Shown here piece by piece: positions 49,264 to 59,214 of a stretch of 64,000 nucleotides of DNA. The translations under genes were made by a program, and so were the position numbers. The notes under the pieces were generated by a model, which saw only the letters and a program-made list of their open reading frames with translations, made no database searches and was not told the origin of the DNA. The DNA is from Acidobacteriota bacterium. GTDB lineage: Bacteria > Acidobacteriota > UBA6911 > RPQK01 > JAJDTT01. Position 1 is the stretch's first letter. Each line of letters opens with the position of its first letter. Location of the stretch: positions 3,808,001-3,872,000 of the forward strand of contig OZ242374.1 in assembly GCA_965209055.1 (NCBI GenBank), given 5' to 3'.

Positions 49264-52104
49264 GTGATGGGAGTCCGCGTCTGGCCACTCTTTTCGCTGT
49301 TGGCTCTGGCCGCAGGCTGCGCCCTGGACTCGGCCCCCGTTTCGAACCGTCCGGCGAGCCAGCCTCCGGTCCCCGAAGCCACCTACCGCCTGACCTTCGG
49401 TCTGAAGGACGCTTCTCCGACGGCGTGGGACGGGCGCCTGGTTCTCTCCCCGGGACAACGGATTCAGGCGTTGCCTGACCTGCTCCGGGAGCACAACCTC
49501 GCGACCGGCGAGGACCCGCTCTTCCCCAACGACTACGTCCGGACCGGGTCCAGTTGGGTCGTGAGCTCGCGGAAAGCGTGGATGCGGGATCCGGAGGCCT
49601 TCCAACTCGAGTATCCCAGCGTCCTGGTCCAGGTCTGGGAGAACCCTTCCCAGGGACCGATCCGGATCGAGACCGTCCGGGGCGCCTTTTCCTTCGCCCC
49701 CCGGGAACTTCCCCCATTCTCGTCCGCCGAGTATCTGGACGGGGGTGTGCTGGTCGAGGCCGTGCCTTCACCCCTGGCCGTCGATTCCCGATACGCGGGA
49801 CAACAGGACCACCCGGCGATCCGGGCCTCCGGCTCGGGGGAACTCTGGCTGGCGTGGCAGGAGTACGAGAACGACTCCGATGCGGTCTGCGTCCGGAACC
49901 TTTCGGGGGATTCCTGGGGGCCGACGCAGGTGCTGGCAACGGAGTCCGACGTGTTCCAAACGGCGGTGGCCGAGGACGACTCCGGGCGGGTCTGGGTGGT
50001 CTGGTCCATGCAGGTGGACGGCAATTGGGATCTCTACGGCCGATCCCATGAGCGAGGCCGCTGGTCCGGATTGGAACGGCTCACCGAGGGAGCGGGTCCC
50101 GACACGCACCACTCCCTGGTCCGGGATGCCGCGGGACGCCTCTGGCTGATCTGGCGTTCCGTGCCGCAGGACCGGGCTCAAATCATGGCCCAAAGCCTGG
50201 AGAAGGGCCGGTGGTCGCCGCCCCGGCAGATCAGCACGGGGGATTCGGCCGCGGGCAACAACTGGTGGCCCGTGGCCTCGGCGGGACCCGACGGCACTCT
50301 GGCGGTGGTTTGGGACGGTTACGCCTCCGGCAGCTACGACGTCTATCTGCGGGTCTGGTCTTCGGGCCGGTGGATGCCGGTCCGGAGGGTGGCGGGAACC
50401 GCCCGATTCGAGGCCAACCCTTCGGTCACGGTGGGTCCCGAAGGCCGGATCTGGGTGGCTTGGCAGGAGTCGGGCGTGGAGTGGGGCAAGGACACGGGGC
50501 GGCTGTCCCGGGTGCAGGGGACACAGCTTCGCGAGTCCAGGGAGATCCGGATCGTCTGCCTGGACGGTGAGAAGCGGTTGGCCACGGAGGGGTCGCTCTC
50601 CACGATTTTCATCGGAGACCTCTGGGAGATGCCCCACCTGGAGACGGGGCCTTCCGGAGAACCCTGGCTGCTGGTCCGGAAACTGTATCTGCGCCAGCCC
50701 GACATCCGGGAAGTGAGAGGGAAGCTGGGACCCGTCTACTATCCCCGCTGGGACATTCATCTGACCCAATACCGGGCCGGCCAATGGAGTGCCCCCATGC
50801 GTCTGGCCCGCACCAGCGGCCGCAACGCCCTGATGCCCTCCGGCTCCAGGGCTCCGGATGGCGCGTTCTGGCTCACTTGGGCCACGGACCACCGGAACGC
50901 CAAGAGCTACATGCAGCAACACAACCAGGTCTTCCTGGCCAAGCTGCAGCCGCCGGAGTTGGAACAAGGCGTTTCCCTGGTTCCCGCCCCGTCGCCGGCG
51001 GAGGATCCTCCGGTCCCGCCCATCCATCCCGACGAAGAGGAGGAGTTGGACCGAATCCGCGCTTTCCGGGTAGAGCATCGCGGCAAGAACTACTCCATCT
51101 ACCGGGGAGATCTCCACCGCCACACCGAGATCTCGATTGACGGAGCGGCGGACGGCACCCTCCTGGATGCCTACCGGTATGCCGTGGATGCCGGTGGGTT
51201 GGATTTCCTGGGAGTGAGCGATCACACCCACCATGTTGACGAGCCCTACACCTGGTGGCGGAGCCAGAAGACCGCCGACCTCTTCCAACTGGAGGATTTT
51301 GTCTCGTTTTACGGCTACGAGCGGTCGCTCAGTTTCCCCAGCGGTCACCGGAACATCTTCTTCACCGAACGGGGGAAGCCCATCCATCCCATCCTGGGGC
51401 CTGAGGAGCGGGGCCAGGAGGGCGCCGAGCGGCTCTTCTGGTACCTCCGCCGCCACGGGGGAACCTCCATCCCTCACACCACCGGCAGGTCCAACGATTG
51501 GCGCGACAACGACCCCGAGGTGGAGACCCTGGTGGAGATCTACCAGGGTCTCCGGGACACCTATGAGCACGCCGGAGCGCCGCAGCCCGGAACCTTGAAG
51601 CCCCGGAACGCCGAGGAACGTCCCGGCTACGTCTGGAACGCTCTGGCCAAGGGCTACCGGTTGGGATTCATCGCCTCCTCGGACCACCACTCCACCCACA
51701 TGAGCTACGCCTGCCTGCTGGCCGAGGAACTGACCCTGGAGAGCCTGATGGAGGCGATCCGGAGCCGGCGGGCCTACGCCGCCACCGACAACATCATCCT
51801 GGACGTCCGTTTCGTCCACGCCGGCGGCGAGCATCTCATGGGCGAGGAGTTCGACGTATCGGGACCGCTGCGCCTGAAGGCCAGAGTGGTGGGGACCGAT
51901 CCGCTCCACCGCGTGGACATCATCCGGAATGAGGCCATCGTCTACCAGGTGTCTCCCGAGAAGGAGCAGGAGATCTCCTTCGAGTACGTGGACGCCGACA
52001 CGGGCGAAGGCGAGCACTACTACTACGTGCGGGTCCTGCAGCAGGACGGCATGGTGGCTTGGGGCTCTCCCGTCTGGGTGACCTACCAACCGTCCGAGCC
52101 ATGA
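49264..52104 (+). CDS. Lipoprotein with beta-propeller-like repeats and PHP/DUF3604-like metallohydrolase domain
   Basis: LAAGC lipobox; GDLHRHT, SDH, GYE, HRN, IPHT, SSDHH, YYYVRV.Q.DG..AWGSPVW. Confidence 0.8.
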   Translation: MMGVRVWPLFSLLALAAGCALDSAPVSNRPASQPPVPEATYRLTFGLKDASPTAWDGRLVLSPGQRIQALPDLLREHNLATGEDPLFPNDYVRTGSSWVVSSRKAWMRDPEAFQLEYPSVLVQVWENPSQGPIRIETVRGAFSFAPRELPPFSSAEYLDGGVLVEAVPSPLAVDSRYAGQQDHPAIRASGSGELWLAWQEYENDSDAVCVRNLSGDSWGPTQVLATESDVFQTAVAEDDSGRVWVVWSMQVDGNWDLYGRSHERGRWSGLERLTEGAGPDTHHSLVRDAAGRLWLIWRSVPQDRAQIMAQSLEKGRWSPPRQISTGDSAAGNNWWPVASAGPDGTLAVVWDGYASGSYDVYLRVWSSGRWMPVRRVAGTARFEANPSVTVGPEGRIWVAWQESGVEWGKDTGRLSRVQGTQLRESREIRIVCLDGEKRLATEGSLSTIFIGDLWEMPHLETGPSGEPWLLVRKLYLRQPDIREVRGKLGPVYYPRWDIHLTQYRAGQWSAPMRLARTSGRNALMPSGSRAPDGAFWLTWATDHRNAKSYMQQHNQVFLAKLQPPELEQGVSLVPAPSPAEDPPVPPIHPDEEEELDRIRAFRVEHRGKNYSIYRGDLHRHTEISIDGAADGTLLDAYRYAVDAGGLDFLGVSDHTHHVDEPYTWWRSQKTADLFQLEDFVSFYGYERSLSFPSGHRNIFFTERGKPIHPILGPEERGQEGAERLFWYLRRHGGTSIPHTTGRSNDWRDNDPEVETLVEIYQGLRDTYEHAGAPQPGTLKPRNAEERPGYVWNALAKGYRLGFIASSDHHSTHMSYACLLAEELTLESLMEAIRSRRAYAATDNIILDVRFVHAGGEHLMGEEFDVSGPLRLKARVVGTDPLHRVDIIRNEAIVYQVSPEKEQEISFEYVDADTGEGEHYYYVRVLQQDGMVAWGSPVWVTYQPSEP

Positions 52105-53504
52105 GCCATCTGCCGCAGCGTTTCCTTCCCCCGGTCCTCATCGGACTGCTGGTCTGGTTCGTGCCGCCGCCGGACGAGGTCCAGCTCCAGGCCTGGCGCC
52201 TCCTGGCCATCTTCCTGGCCACCATCGCGGGGATCCTGGCCAAGACTCTTCCCTTGGGCGCCATGGCGCTGCTGGGGGTCATCGCGTCCATGCTCACCGG
52301 CGTCCTGAAGCCGGACGAAGCGTTGGCCGGGTTCGGGTTCCCGGTGGTCTGGCTCATCGTGTCCGCCTTCTTCATCTCCCGGGGATTCCTGGTCACCGGC
52401 CTGGGACTGCGAATCGCGTACCTGTTCATGGCGGCGGTGGGAAAAAAAAGCCTGGGGCTGGCCTACAGCATGATCGGAGTCGATCTGGTCCTGGCCCCGG
52501 CCATCCCCAGCAACACAGCTCGTTGCGGCGGCGTCATCTGCCCCATCCTGCAATCCGTGGCCGTCTCCTTCGGGAGCCGGCCCGACGGCGCCAGCGCCCG
52601 CCGGCTGGGCGCGTTTCTGATCAAGACGTCCTATCAGGGCGGCGTCGTGGTGAGCGGCATGTTCCTGACCTCCATGGCGGGCAATCCCATGGCGGCCGGG
52701 CTGGCTGCGGGGATGGGAATCGAGATCGACTGGACCACGTGGTTCCTGGCCGCCCTGGTTCCCGGACTGCTGTGTCTCATGACAGGCCCCTGGATTCTCT
52801 ACCGGATCTATCCTCCCGAGATTACCGAGACGGCCGGAGCCGCCCGAATGGCAAAGCGGAAGCTGGAGGAGATGGGGCCGCTCAAGCCGTCCGAGCGGAT
52901 CATGCTGGGCACCTTCGCCCTCCTCCTGATCCTGTGGATCTTCGGCGGTAAACTCGGAATCAGCAGCGCGGTCGCGGCGCTGACCGGACTGGCCATCCTG
53001 CTCCTGACCGGGACGCTGCGATGGAAGGACATCCTGGGGGAAAGAGGAGCCTGGGACGCGCTCATCTGGTTCGGGGTCCTCATCAACCTGGCCAGTCACC
53101 TCAACTCCATGGGGCTGATCCCCTGGTTCGGAGATCAACTGGCCGCCGTACTGGGAGATGGGCACTGGATGAAGTCCTTCGTCCTCTTGAGCCTTCTCTA
53201 TTTCTACAGCCACTACCTGTTTGCGGGAAACACGACGCACATCAGCTCCATGTACGCTCCCTTCCTGGCGGTGGCCATTGCGGTGGGAACCCCGCCCCTG
53301 CTGGCGGCTCTGGTATTGGGCTATTTCAGCAACCTGTTCAGCGGCATGACGCATTACGGCACCGGCCCCGCTCCGGTCTTCTTCGGGACAGGCTACGTGG
53401 AGATGGGCGACTGGTGGAAGCTGGGCGGCCTCCTCAGCGTGGTGAACATCCTCATCTACTTCGTCGCCGGCGGGCTGTGGTGGAAGGTGCTGGGGATCTG
53501 GTAG
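52101..53504 (+). CDS. DASS family dicarboxylate/anion transporter
   Basis: PAIPSNTAR.GG, MFLTSMAGNP, THYGTGPAPVFFG.GY, WWK.G. Confidence 0.92.
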   Translation: MSHLPQRFLPPVLIGLLVWFVPPPDEVQLQAWRLLAIFLATIAGILAKTLPLGAMALLGVIASMLTGVLKPDEALAGFGFPVVWLIVSAFFISRGFLVTGLGLRIAYLFMAAVGKKSLGLAYSMIGVDLVLAPAIPSNTARCGGVICPILQSVAVSFGSRPDGASARRLGAFLIKTSYQGGVVVSGMFLTSMAGNPMAAGLAAGMGIEIDWTTWFLAALVPGLLCLMTGPWILYRIYPPEITETAGAARMAKRKLEEMGPLKPSERIMLGTFALLLILWIFGGKLGISSAVAALTGLAILLLTGTLRWKDILGERGAWDALIWFGVLINLASHLNSMGLIPWFGDQLAAVLGDGHWMKSFVLLSLLYFYSHYLFAGNTTHISSMYAPFLAVAIAVGTPPLLAALVLGYFSNLFSGMTHYGTGPAPVFFGTGYVEMGDWWKLGGLLSVVNILIYFVAGGLWWKVLGIW

Positions 53505-53543
53505 ACGGGATCGGCGAAGCGATTCGTCTCCCAAGGTCCGATC

Positions 53544-54914
53544 ATGAACGACATGCGAGATTTGTTGCAGGAGACGGCCGAGCGCGCCGCGAAGTTCCTC
53601 GAATCACTCCCCGAACGCCGGGTCTCGGCGCTACGAAACGCGGAAGAGCTCGTGGCGGATCTCGGAGGCGAGTTGCCCCAAAAGGGACTTCCGGCATCGG
53701 AAATCGTGGAGCGGCTCGACGTGATCGGCGTGCAGGGTGTGGTGGCGAGCGCCGGACCTCGCTACTTCGGCTTCGTCACAGGCGGCGCGCTGCCGGCGTC
53801 GCTGGCCGCGAATTGGCTCGCGGCGGCGTGGGATCAGAACGCCTTCAGCGAGGCCGGCTCGCCGGCCGGTGCCGCCATCGAGCAGGTCGCGATGCGCTGG
53901 GTGCTCGAAGCGCTGGAATTGCCGGCGGACGCAGGGGCCGCGTTCGTCACCGGAGCGACCATGGCCAACTTCACCGCACTCGCTGCGGCCCGGCGCGCGG
54001 TCCTGCTCGCGCACGGTCACGATGTTGACCGGCATGGACTCCACGGGGCGCCGGAGATCACGGTGGTCGTGGGCGAGCAAGCCCATGCCACTCTGTTCAA
54101 GGCGCTCGGCATGCTGGGTCTCGGACGCGACCGGGTGTGCCGCGTGCCCGTCGACGCCCAGGGCCGGATGAAAGTTGGTTCGGTTCCCGATCTCGACGGG
54201 CCGGCGATCGTCTGCACTCAGGCCGGGAACGTGAACAGCGGCGCGTTCGACCCGGTGGGCGAGGTGTGCGACGCGGTGGGAGGCAGGGACGCCTGGGTCC
54301 ATGTGGACGGCGCCTTCGGCTTGTGGGCGCGAGTATCGAGACGGCTCGGTGCCTTGTCCGGCGGCATCGAACGTGCCGATTCGTGGGCGACCGACGCCCA
54401 CAAGTGGCTGAACGTGCCCTACGACAGCGGTCTTGCCATCGTCCGTGATGCGGGTGCCCTGCGCGCGACGATGTCCGTGGATGCCGATTATCTCCCCGGC
54501 CGGATCAGCCGCGATCCGTTCGAGTTCACGCCGGAAACGAGCCGCCGGATGCGCGGGGTCGAGATCTGGGCCGCATTGCTCGCGCTCGGCCGGGACGGAA
54601 TCGAGGAATTGGTGGATCGCAACTGCCTCCAGGCGCGGCGGTTCGCGGCCGGACTCCTCGATGCGGGTTGGGAGATTCTCAATGATGTGGTTCTCAATCA
54701 GGTACTCGTCGCGTTCGGCGACGATCGCATCACGACTGACGTCATAAGGGGCGTGCAGCGTGAGGGAACCTGCTGGTGCGGGAAAACGAACTGGAACGGC
54801 CGGGCCGCGATGCGCATCAGTGTCTCGTCGTGGGCGACGACCGACAAAGACGTGGAGCGAAGTCTGGCTGCGATTCTGCGTGTCGCCGATGACATGGCGC
54901 GCCCGCGTGTCTGA
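53544..54914 (+). CDS. PLP-dependent group II amino-acid decarboxylase
   Basis: PRYFGFV.GG, GATMAN, HVDGAFG, DSWATDAHKWLNVPY. Confidence 0.92.
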   Translation: MNDMRDLLQETAERAAKFLESLPERRVSALRNAEELVADLGGELPQKGLPASEIVERLDVIGVQGVVASAGPRYFGFVTGGALPASLAANWLAAAWDQNAFSEAGSPAGAAIEQVAMRWVLEALELPADAGAAFVTGATMANFTALAAARRAVLLAHGHDVDRHGLHGAPEITVVVGEQAHATLFKALGMLGLGRDRVCRVPVDAQGRMKVGSVPDLDGPAIVCTQAGNVNSGAFDPVGEVCDAVGGRDAWVHVDGAFGLWARVSRRLGALSGGIERADSWATDAHKWLNVPYDSGLAIVRDAGALRATMSVDADYLPGRISRDPFEFTPETSRRMRGVEIWAALLALGRDGIEELVDRNCLQARRFAAGLLDAGWEILNDVVLNQVLVAFGDDRITTDVIRGVQREGTCWCGKTNWNGRAAMRISVSSWATTDKDVERSLAAILRVADDMARPRV

Positions 54915-54941
54915 CTCTGTGAATCGAGTGACAATCCGGTT

Positions 54942-56357
54942 TCAACGGGTTTGGCGGGCCCTGTTTCCGTTCTCCGGCACGTCAATGACAAGCAGCGTCA
55001 GGTCGTCGTCCAGAGCGAGCCGCGGTTTGCGAGTCCATCCGATCAGTTGGCGAAGGGTGTAGTCGGCGAATTCATCCGTCGTGGTGTCGGAACGCTCCAC
55101 GAGCATCTTGAGCAGACGTTCTGATGTGAATTCCTCGCCGTCGGGCGCGGCCGCCTCCGTGACGCCGTCGCTGTAGATGACGATGCGGTCGCCGGGAGCC
55201 AGAGGGATCGTTGCGGTCTCGTAACTCTGGACGGGCAGGACTCCCAGCGCGATACCGTTGATGTCGACCTCGTTGCCGGACCTCCGCGTGGGCGAATAGA
55301 TCAGTGGTGGCGGGTGGCCGGCGCTCGCGACACGCAGTTCGTTTGCCTCCAGGTCGATATAGGCGTAGGTGACGGTTACGAAGTGGAGGTCCGTCTGATC
55401 GTAGAGGGCATCGTTCATCCCGGCCAGGACCCGGGAGGGTTCCGCCACGGCATGAGACTGTGACGCCGACGCAGTCTTTACCATGGTGGCGATGAGGGCG
55501 GCCGGAATGCCGTGTCCGGTGACGTCGGCGACCATGACGCCGAACCGGTGATCGTCGATGGGGATGAAGTCGTAGAAGTCGCCGCCCACGGCGTCCATGG
55601 GGATGTAACGCACGCTCAGCTTCTCGGGTTCGATGCTCGGCCCTTGCCGGGGAAGGAGGGAGTGTTGAATCTGCCGTGCGGTATTGAGTTCCGACTCGAT
55701 GGTGGCGAGCCGCTTTTCGTTGTTGAGGGCGCGGTGCAGCAACGCGTAGCAGATGGCGGCGGCGAGCACGAAATTTCCGATGGGACCGAACAATATGGTC
55801 CACGGGAGCAGTTCGAGCCGCGCGAACACGTCGTGGAGGATGATGACGGAGGCAATGACCATGGCAATGTAGGCGGGGGCGGTTTCCCGTTCGTATCGGA
55901 TGTGGCCGGTGAAGTAGTTGGCGATGGTGGTCAGGATGTAGATGAGGAGCAGGTTGACGTGGACCGGGAGCATCGAGCCCGGCGCGCCGTTGTACAGGTC
56001 GACCGTCATCGCAACGATCACGAAAATGATGTGGAACTGCCAGATCCGGCGAAAGCAATTGAAGACGCCTTTGGTCCTCCAGAACACTTCAACGAAGAAC
56101 CATGCGGCGATTCCCTGGCTGTAGTAGGCCCCGAAGGTGATGTAGTCCCAAACGGCAGGGGGGATTGGGGTTGCGCTTCGGATGGCCTCGACCGGGCCCA
56201 GAATCCGGATTCCGTAGAGCAGCCAGCAGACGGCGAAAGCGGGTAGCTCGATTCCGCTCCGTGAACGTACGGACCCCCAGAGGAGGAACACGGCGAGGCC
56301 GTTGAATACCAGGATGGATCCGACCGCGATGTCCAGAACTTGCGGGTCTGTCGTCAT
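54942..56357 (-). CDS. Membrane-bound SpoIIE/PP2C phosphatase
   Basis: Multi-TM N-terminus; ARQIQ..LLP, VGGDFYD, ADVTGHG, SAGHP, YSDGVTE, DDLT. Confidence 0.9.
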   Translation of the reverse strand: MTTDPQVLDIAVGSILVFNGLAVFLLWGSVRSRSGIELPAFAVCWLLYGIRILGPVEAIRSATPIPPAVWDYITFGAYYSQGIAAWFFVEVFWRTKGVFNCFRRIWQFHIIFVIVAMTVDLYNGAPGSMLPVHVNLLLIYILTTIANYFTGHIRYERETAPAYIAMVIASVIILHDVFARLELLPWTILFGPIGNFVLAAAICYALLHRALNNEKRLATIESELNTARQIQHSLLPRQGPSIEPEKLSVRYIPMDAVGGDFYDFIPIDDHRFGVMVADVTGHGIPAALIATMVKTASASQSHAVAEPSRVLAGMNDALYDQTDLHFVTVTYAYIDLEANELRVASAGHPPPLIYSPTRRSGNEVDINGIALGVLPVQSYETATIPLAPGDRIVIYSDGVTEAAAPDGEEFTSERLLKMLVERSDTTTDEFADYTLRQLIGWTRKPRLALDDDLTLLVIDVPENGNRARQTR

Positions 56358-56500
56358 GGGGAGAATTTGAGTCGCTTGGACCTCGCTTTTGGCGCGTGCA
56401 TCGTAACTATATCTGGCGCTTGGGATGTCTCCAAACCAGGAGGGGGCAGTCTTGTCCCGTCGTGAGGCGGCAGTAGGAAAACCTCGCGTTTCCAAGAAAT

Positions 56501-56582
56501 AGGAGGGACGATTTCCAATCGTCCGGTCTTCGACGCCAAGTTTGTCACTCCGGGATTCGGCGGTTAGGAAACCGCCGCTCCT
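56501..56582. repeat. REP/BIME-like pair
   Basis: GGACGATTTCCAATCGTCC + spacer + GGCGGTTAGGAAACCGCCGCTCCT; spacer shared with 7946-8050. Confidence 0.8.
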
Positions 56583-56601
56583 AGAAAAATGGAGGTTGAA
56601 G

Positions 56602-59118
56602 TCAGTCGGTTTCGGCTGAGGAGAACAAAGTCACGTGGCCGTTGGTTTGTCCCACCGCGAACACCTGGATTCGGTTCGGCCCGTCCCGGAGAGAAGACTC
56701 GGGGACGATCGCCTGGAAACGACGGTCGCCCCTTCGTCCTTCGAATGTAGCAGCAACGGCTCGGACGGTTCCGTTCACGGCCACTGCCAGAATCTCCGCG
56801 TACTTCGTCGAGACCCGTCCTTCGACGGCGGCCGGAATGAAGTCGGAGTCCAGTCGCCGCCTCAGCCTTGAAAGAAAGCCTGGCTTGTCCAACTCGATCC
56901 GGAGGTCCGGAGCCGGTCGTACCGTTAGTTGATCCAGCCGTTTCCCGATCAGGGCACGGAATGGCTCGGGCTGGAACAATCCGTCTTCGCCTGCGTCCCA
57001 AGCCCGCTCCCGGAGACCGATTTCGAAGTCACTGGGCTTGGAGGCCGCCATGAGCGACTCGGATGTGAGCGGCCGTGTGATCAGAAAGGATCGTTGCTCG
57101 TTCTGATCCAGGGAGCAGATCTGGCCGGCGTCGGCGGTCTTGGGTTTATCGAAACTCTCGTCCGATTCGGTGGGCCAGGGGAAACTCGCCGGATATTGGG
57201 CCTCGCGGATTCGGTCCCCGAAAGACGCAAAGCAACGCACCGAGGGATCCCCTTGGAGGAGTTCCCGGTCCAACTCGATCAAGAACCCCGAATTCTCCAA
57301 TTCCGCGGCCTCGAAGGACTCGACCACGTCCGGGCGCGGGCGCCGAGCCATTCCCCGATAGACCAGTTCGCCGTTGGCGAACACGAGTATGGAGTCGGCC
57401 GGCGCCAGGGTTTCCATGTCTGCCGCCCAGCCGAAAAACACGATCCTGTTGCCGCTCTCGTTCACCTCATCCAGATGAACGCGGGATCTACGCTGGGTCA
57501 CGTCGAACGACCGCCCTTGGAGGCATATCGTCGTTTGAGAACGCAGAAACTGATACGGACGAGCGATGTTCAGAGCGGTGGAAGCCAGATCCCGGTTTTC
57601 CGGGGGCTCGGTTTCCATGACCGGGATTCCGTCTGTGGGCCATGGCGCCGGAACCCCGAGGATGCCGGCAATGGTGGGGAGGACATCCGTGGTTCGTGTC
57701 GGGCGATCCGACGCCCGGCCCTGTTTTTGGTGGGGAGCCTTGATCAACAGTGGCACGTTCAGGATGTTCTTGAAGTTGGCGTCGGTCATGGCTCGCCTGG
57801 ACCCGCCGGGCCGAAAGCTGACGCCGTGATCCGATGAGACGACAATCAGGCTCCGATCGTAGAGATCGTGTGATTTCAACTTCTTGAGCAGGCGGCCCAG
57901 GAGCCGGTCGGCGAATCCCACCTGCAGCAGGTGACGCTGGTACGCCAGGGTCACCAGGGCTTCATCCCGGGTCCAGAGGCCCCGCTTCCCGAAGAGGCTG
58001 ATGTCCCCACCGGACAGATAGCGTTTTCCCGAGGGGAGATAGACCCAGGGCAGGTGGGGGATCTGAACGTGAATGAAATGCAATCCGGGCTCCTCCGGTC
58101 CCGGAATCGACTCCAGGAATGACTCGAATTGCCGGGCCGGATGACCCAACTGCCAAGTCCATCCGTATCGGATGTCAGGCAGGCGGTATGTCAGATCCTC
58201 GGGCAGGACGAGATGAAGATAGATCAGGGAAACATCCACCAGCAGACGAATCAGGCTCTGCACGAGGGAGCTCGCGCGCGCCTGAGACGCCGGGCAGAGA
58301 TGCGTCGTGGATTCGAAGACGTGGAGCCGGTGGGAATTCCGGAGCCAGGTGAAGAGATTGTCCGGATAGTCGGCCCGCGTGGGGCGTGCCGTCCGGTCCG
58401 GTTCCGGGAGATTCCCGGTCAGCATGGCCGCGACGGCGTATTGGGTGGAAGGGGAAACCGTCGCCGCATTCCGGAACCAGGCGGCGTCTTCGGCCAGACC
58501 GGCAAAATTGGGAAAACGCAAGGGGTCGATGCCACCCCGGCGGTCTAGGAGAGACTGAAGAGGGAGTTCGTCGAAGACCAACATGACGATGGGCGTCTGC
58601 GTCCGACCGCTATCCAATGCGACGCCTTGCGGCGCGTCCGGATTGAGAACGCTCTGAACCGAGGGATTAGCCAGAAAGAGCGCCGGAACGATGAGCAGGG
58701 CCGGCGACAGGAGGGTCAGATACCGGCGCGCAGTTGACGAGCGGTCGTAGACGATTGCCGCCGACCCCGCCAGCAGGCCTACTGCGCCGGAGAGGAGTAT
58801 TCCCGCATCCGGCATGAGGGTCTTCAGGACCAGCAGGCCGAAAAGAACAACAAGGATCCCGATGCCGGCGCCGTAAAACCAACGCTTCGCGCCGATGGCC
58901 CATCCCGCCAGACAGGTCCCCGCAACCACCAGTCCCGGAACGGCGAGGACCAGGAAGAAGATCAGAAACGACGCTTCCAGGACTCCCACCTGACGCGAGA
59001 CCAGGTACTCAGTCTGGCGGGAGAGCAGATCCAGAACCGGCTGTGCCACCGACAAGCTGGAGAGAGTCCCGATGTGCAGGGCGTATTTCCAAACTCGGTT
59101 CTCTCTCGTGGCCGGCAT
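56602..59118 (-). CDS. Membrane sulfatase-like/LtaS-type hydrolase-transferase
   Basis: N-terminal TMs; VFDEL, SPSTQYAVAAMLTG (Thr at nucleophile position), HVQIPHLP, SSDHG, DVLPT. Confidence 0.8.
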   Translation of the reverse strand: MPATRENRVWKYALHIGTLSSLSVAQPVLDLLSRQTEYLVSRQVGVLEASFLIFFLVLAVPGLVVAGTCLAGWAIGAKRWFYGAGIGILVVLFGLLVLKTLMPDAGILLSGAVGLLAGSAAIVYDRSSTARRYLTLLSPALLIVPALFLANPSVQSVLNPDAPQGVALDSGRTQTPIVMLVFDELPLQSLLDRRGGIDPLRFPNFAGLAEDAAWFRNAATVSPSTQYAVAAMLTGNLPEPDRTARPTRADYPDNLFTWLRNSHRLHVFESTTHLCPASQARASSLVQSLIRLLVDVSLIYLHLVLPEDLTYRLPDIRYGWTWQLGHPARQFESFLESIPGPEEPGLHFIHVQIPHLPWVYLPSGKRYLSGGDISLFGKRGLWTRDEALVTLAYQRHLLQVGFADRLLGRLLKKLKSHDLYDRSLIVVSSDHGVSFRPGGSRRAMTDANFKNILNVPLLIKAPHQKQGRASDRPTRTTDVLPTIAGILGVPAPWPTDGIPVMETEPPENRDLASTALNIARPYQFLRSQTTICLQGRSFDVTQRRSRVHLDEVNESGNRIVFFGWAADMETLAPADSILVFANGELVYRGMARRPRPDVVESFEAAELENSGFLIELDRELLQGDPSVRCFASFGDRIREAQYPASFPWPTESDESFDKPKTADAGQICSLDQNEQRSFLITRPLTSESLMAASKPSDFEIGLRERAWDAGEDGLFQPEPFRALIGKRLDQLTVRPAPDLRIELDKPGFLSRLRRRLDSDFIPAAVEGRVSTKYAEILAVAVNGTVRAVAATFEGRRGDRRFQAIVPESSLRDGPNRIQVFAVGQTNGHVTLFSSAETD

Positions 59119-59149
59119 GTCTTATCGAATGGTGTGCCCGCGCTGGCCT

Positions 59150-59176
59150 GGGGCGCCCCACAAGGGGCACCCCCAC
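59150..59176 (-). repeat. REP-like palindrome
   Basis: GGGGCGCCCCACAAGGGGCACCCCCAC. Confidence 0.5.
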
Positions 59177-59214
59177 TATACGGTTTGCGGCGAACGCCCG
59201 AGCGCCATTCGGCC

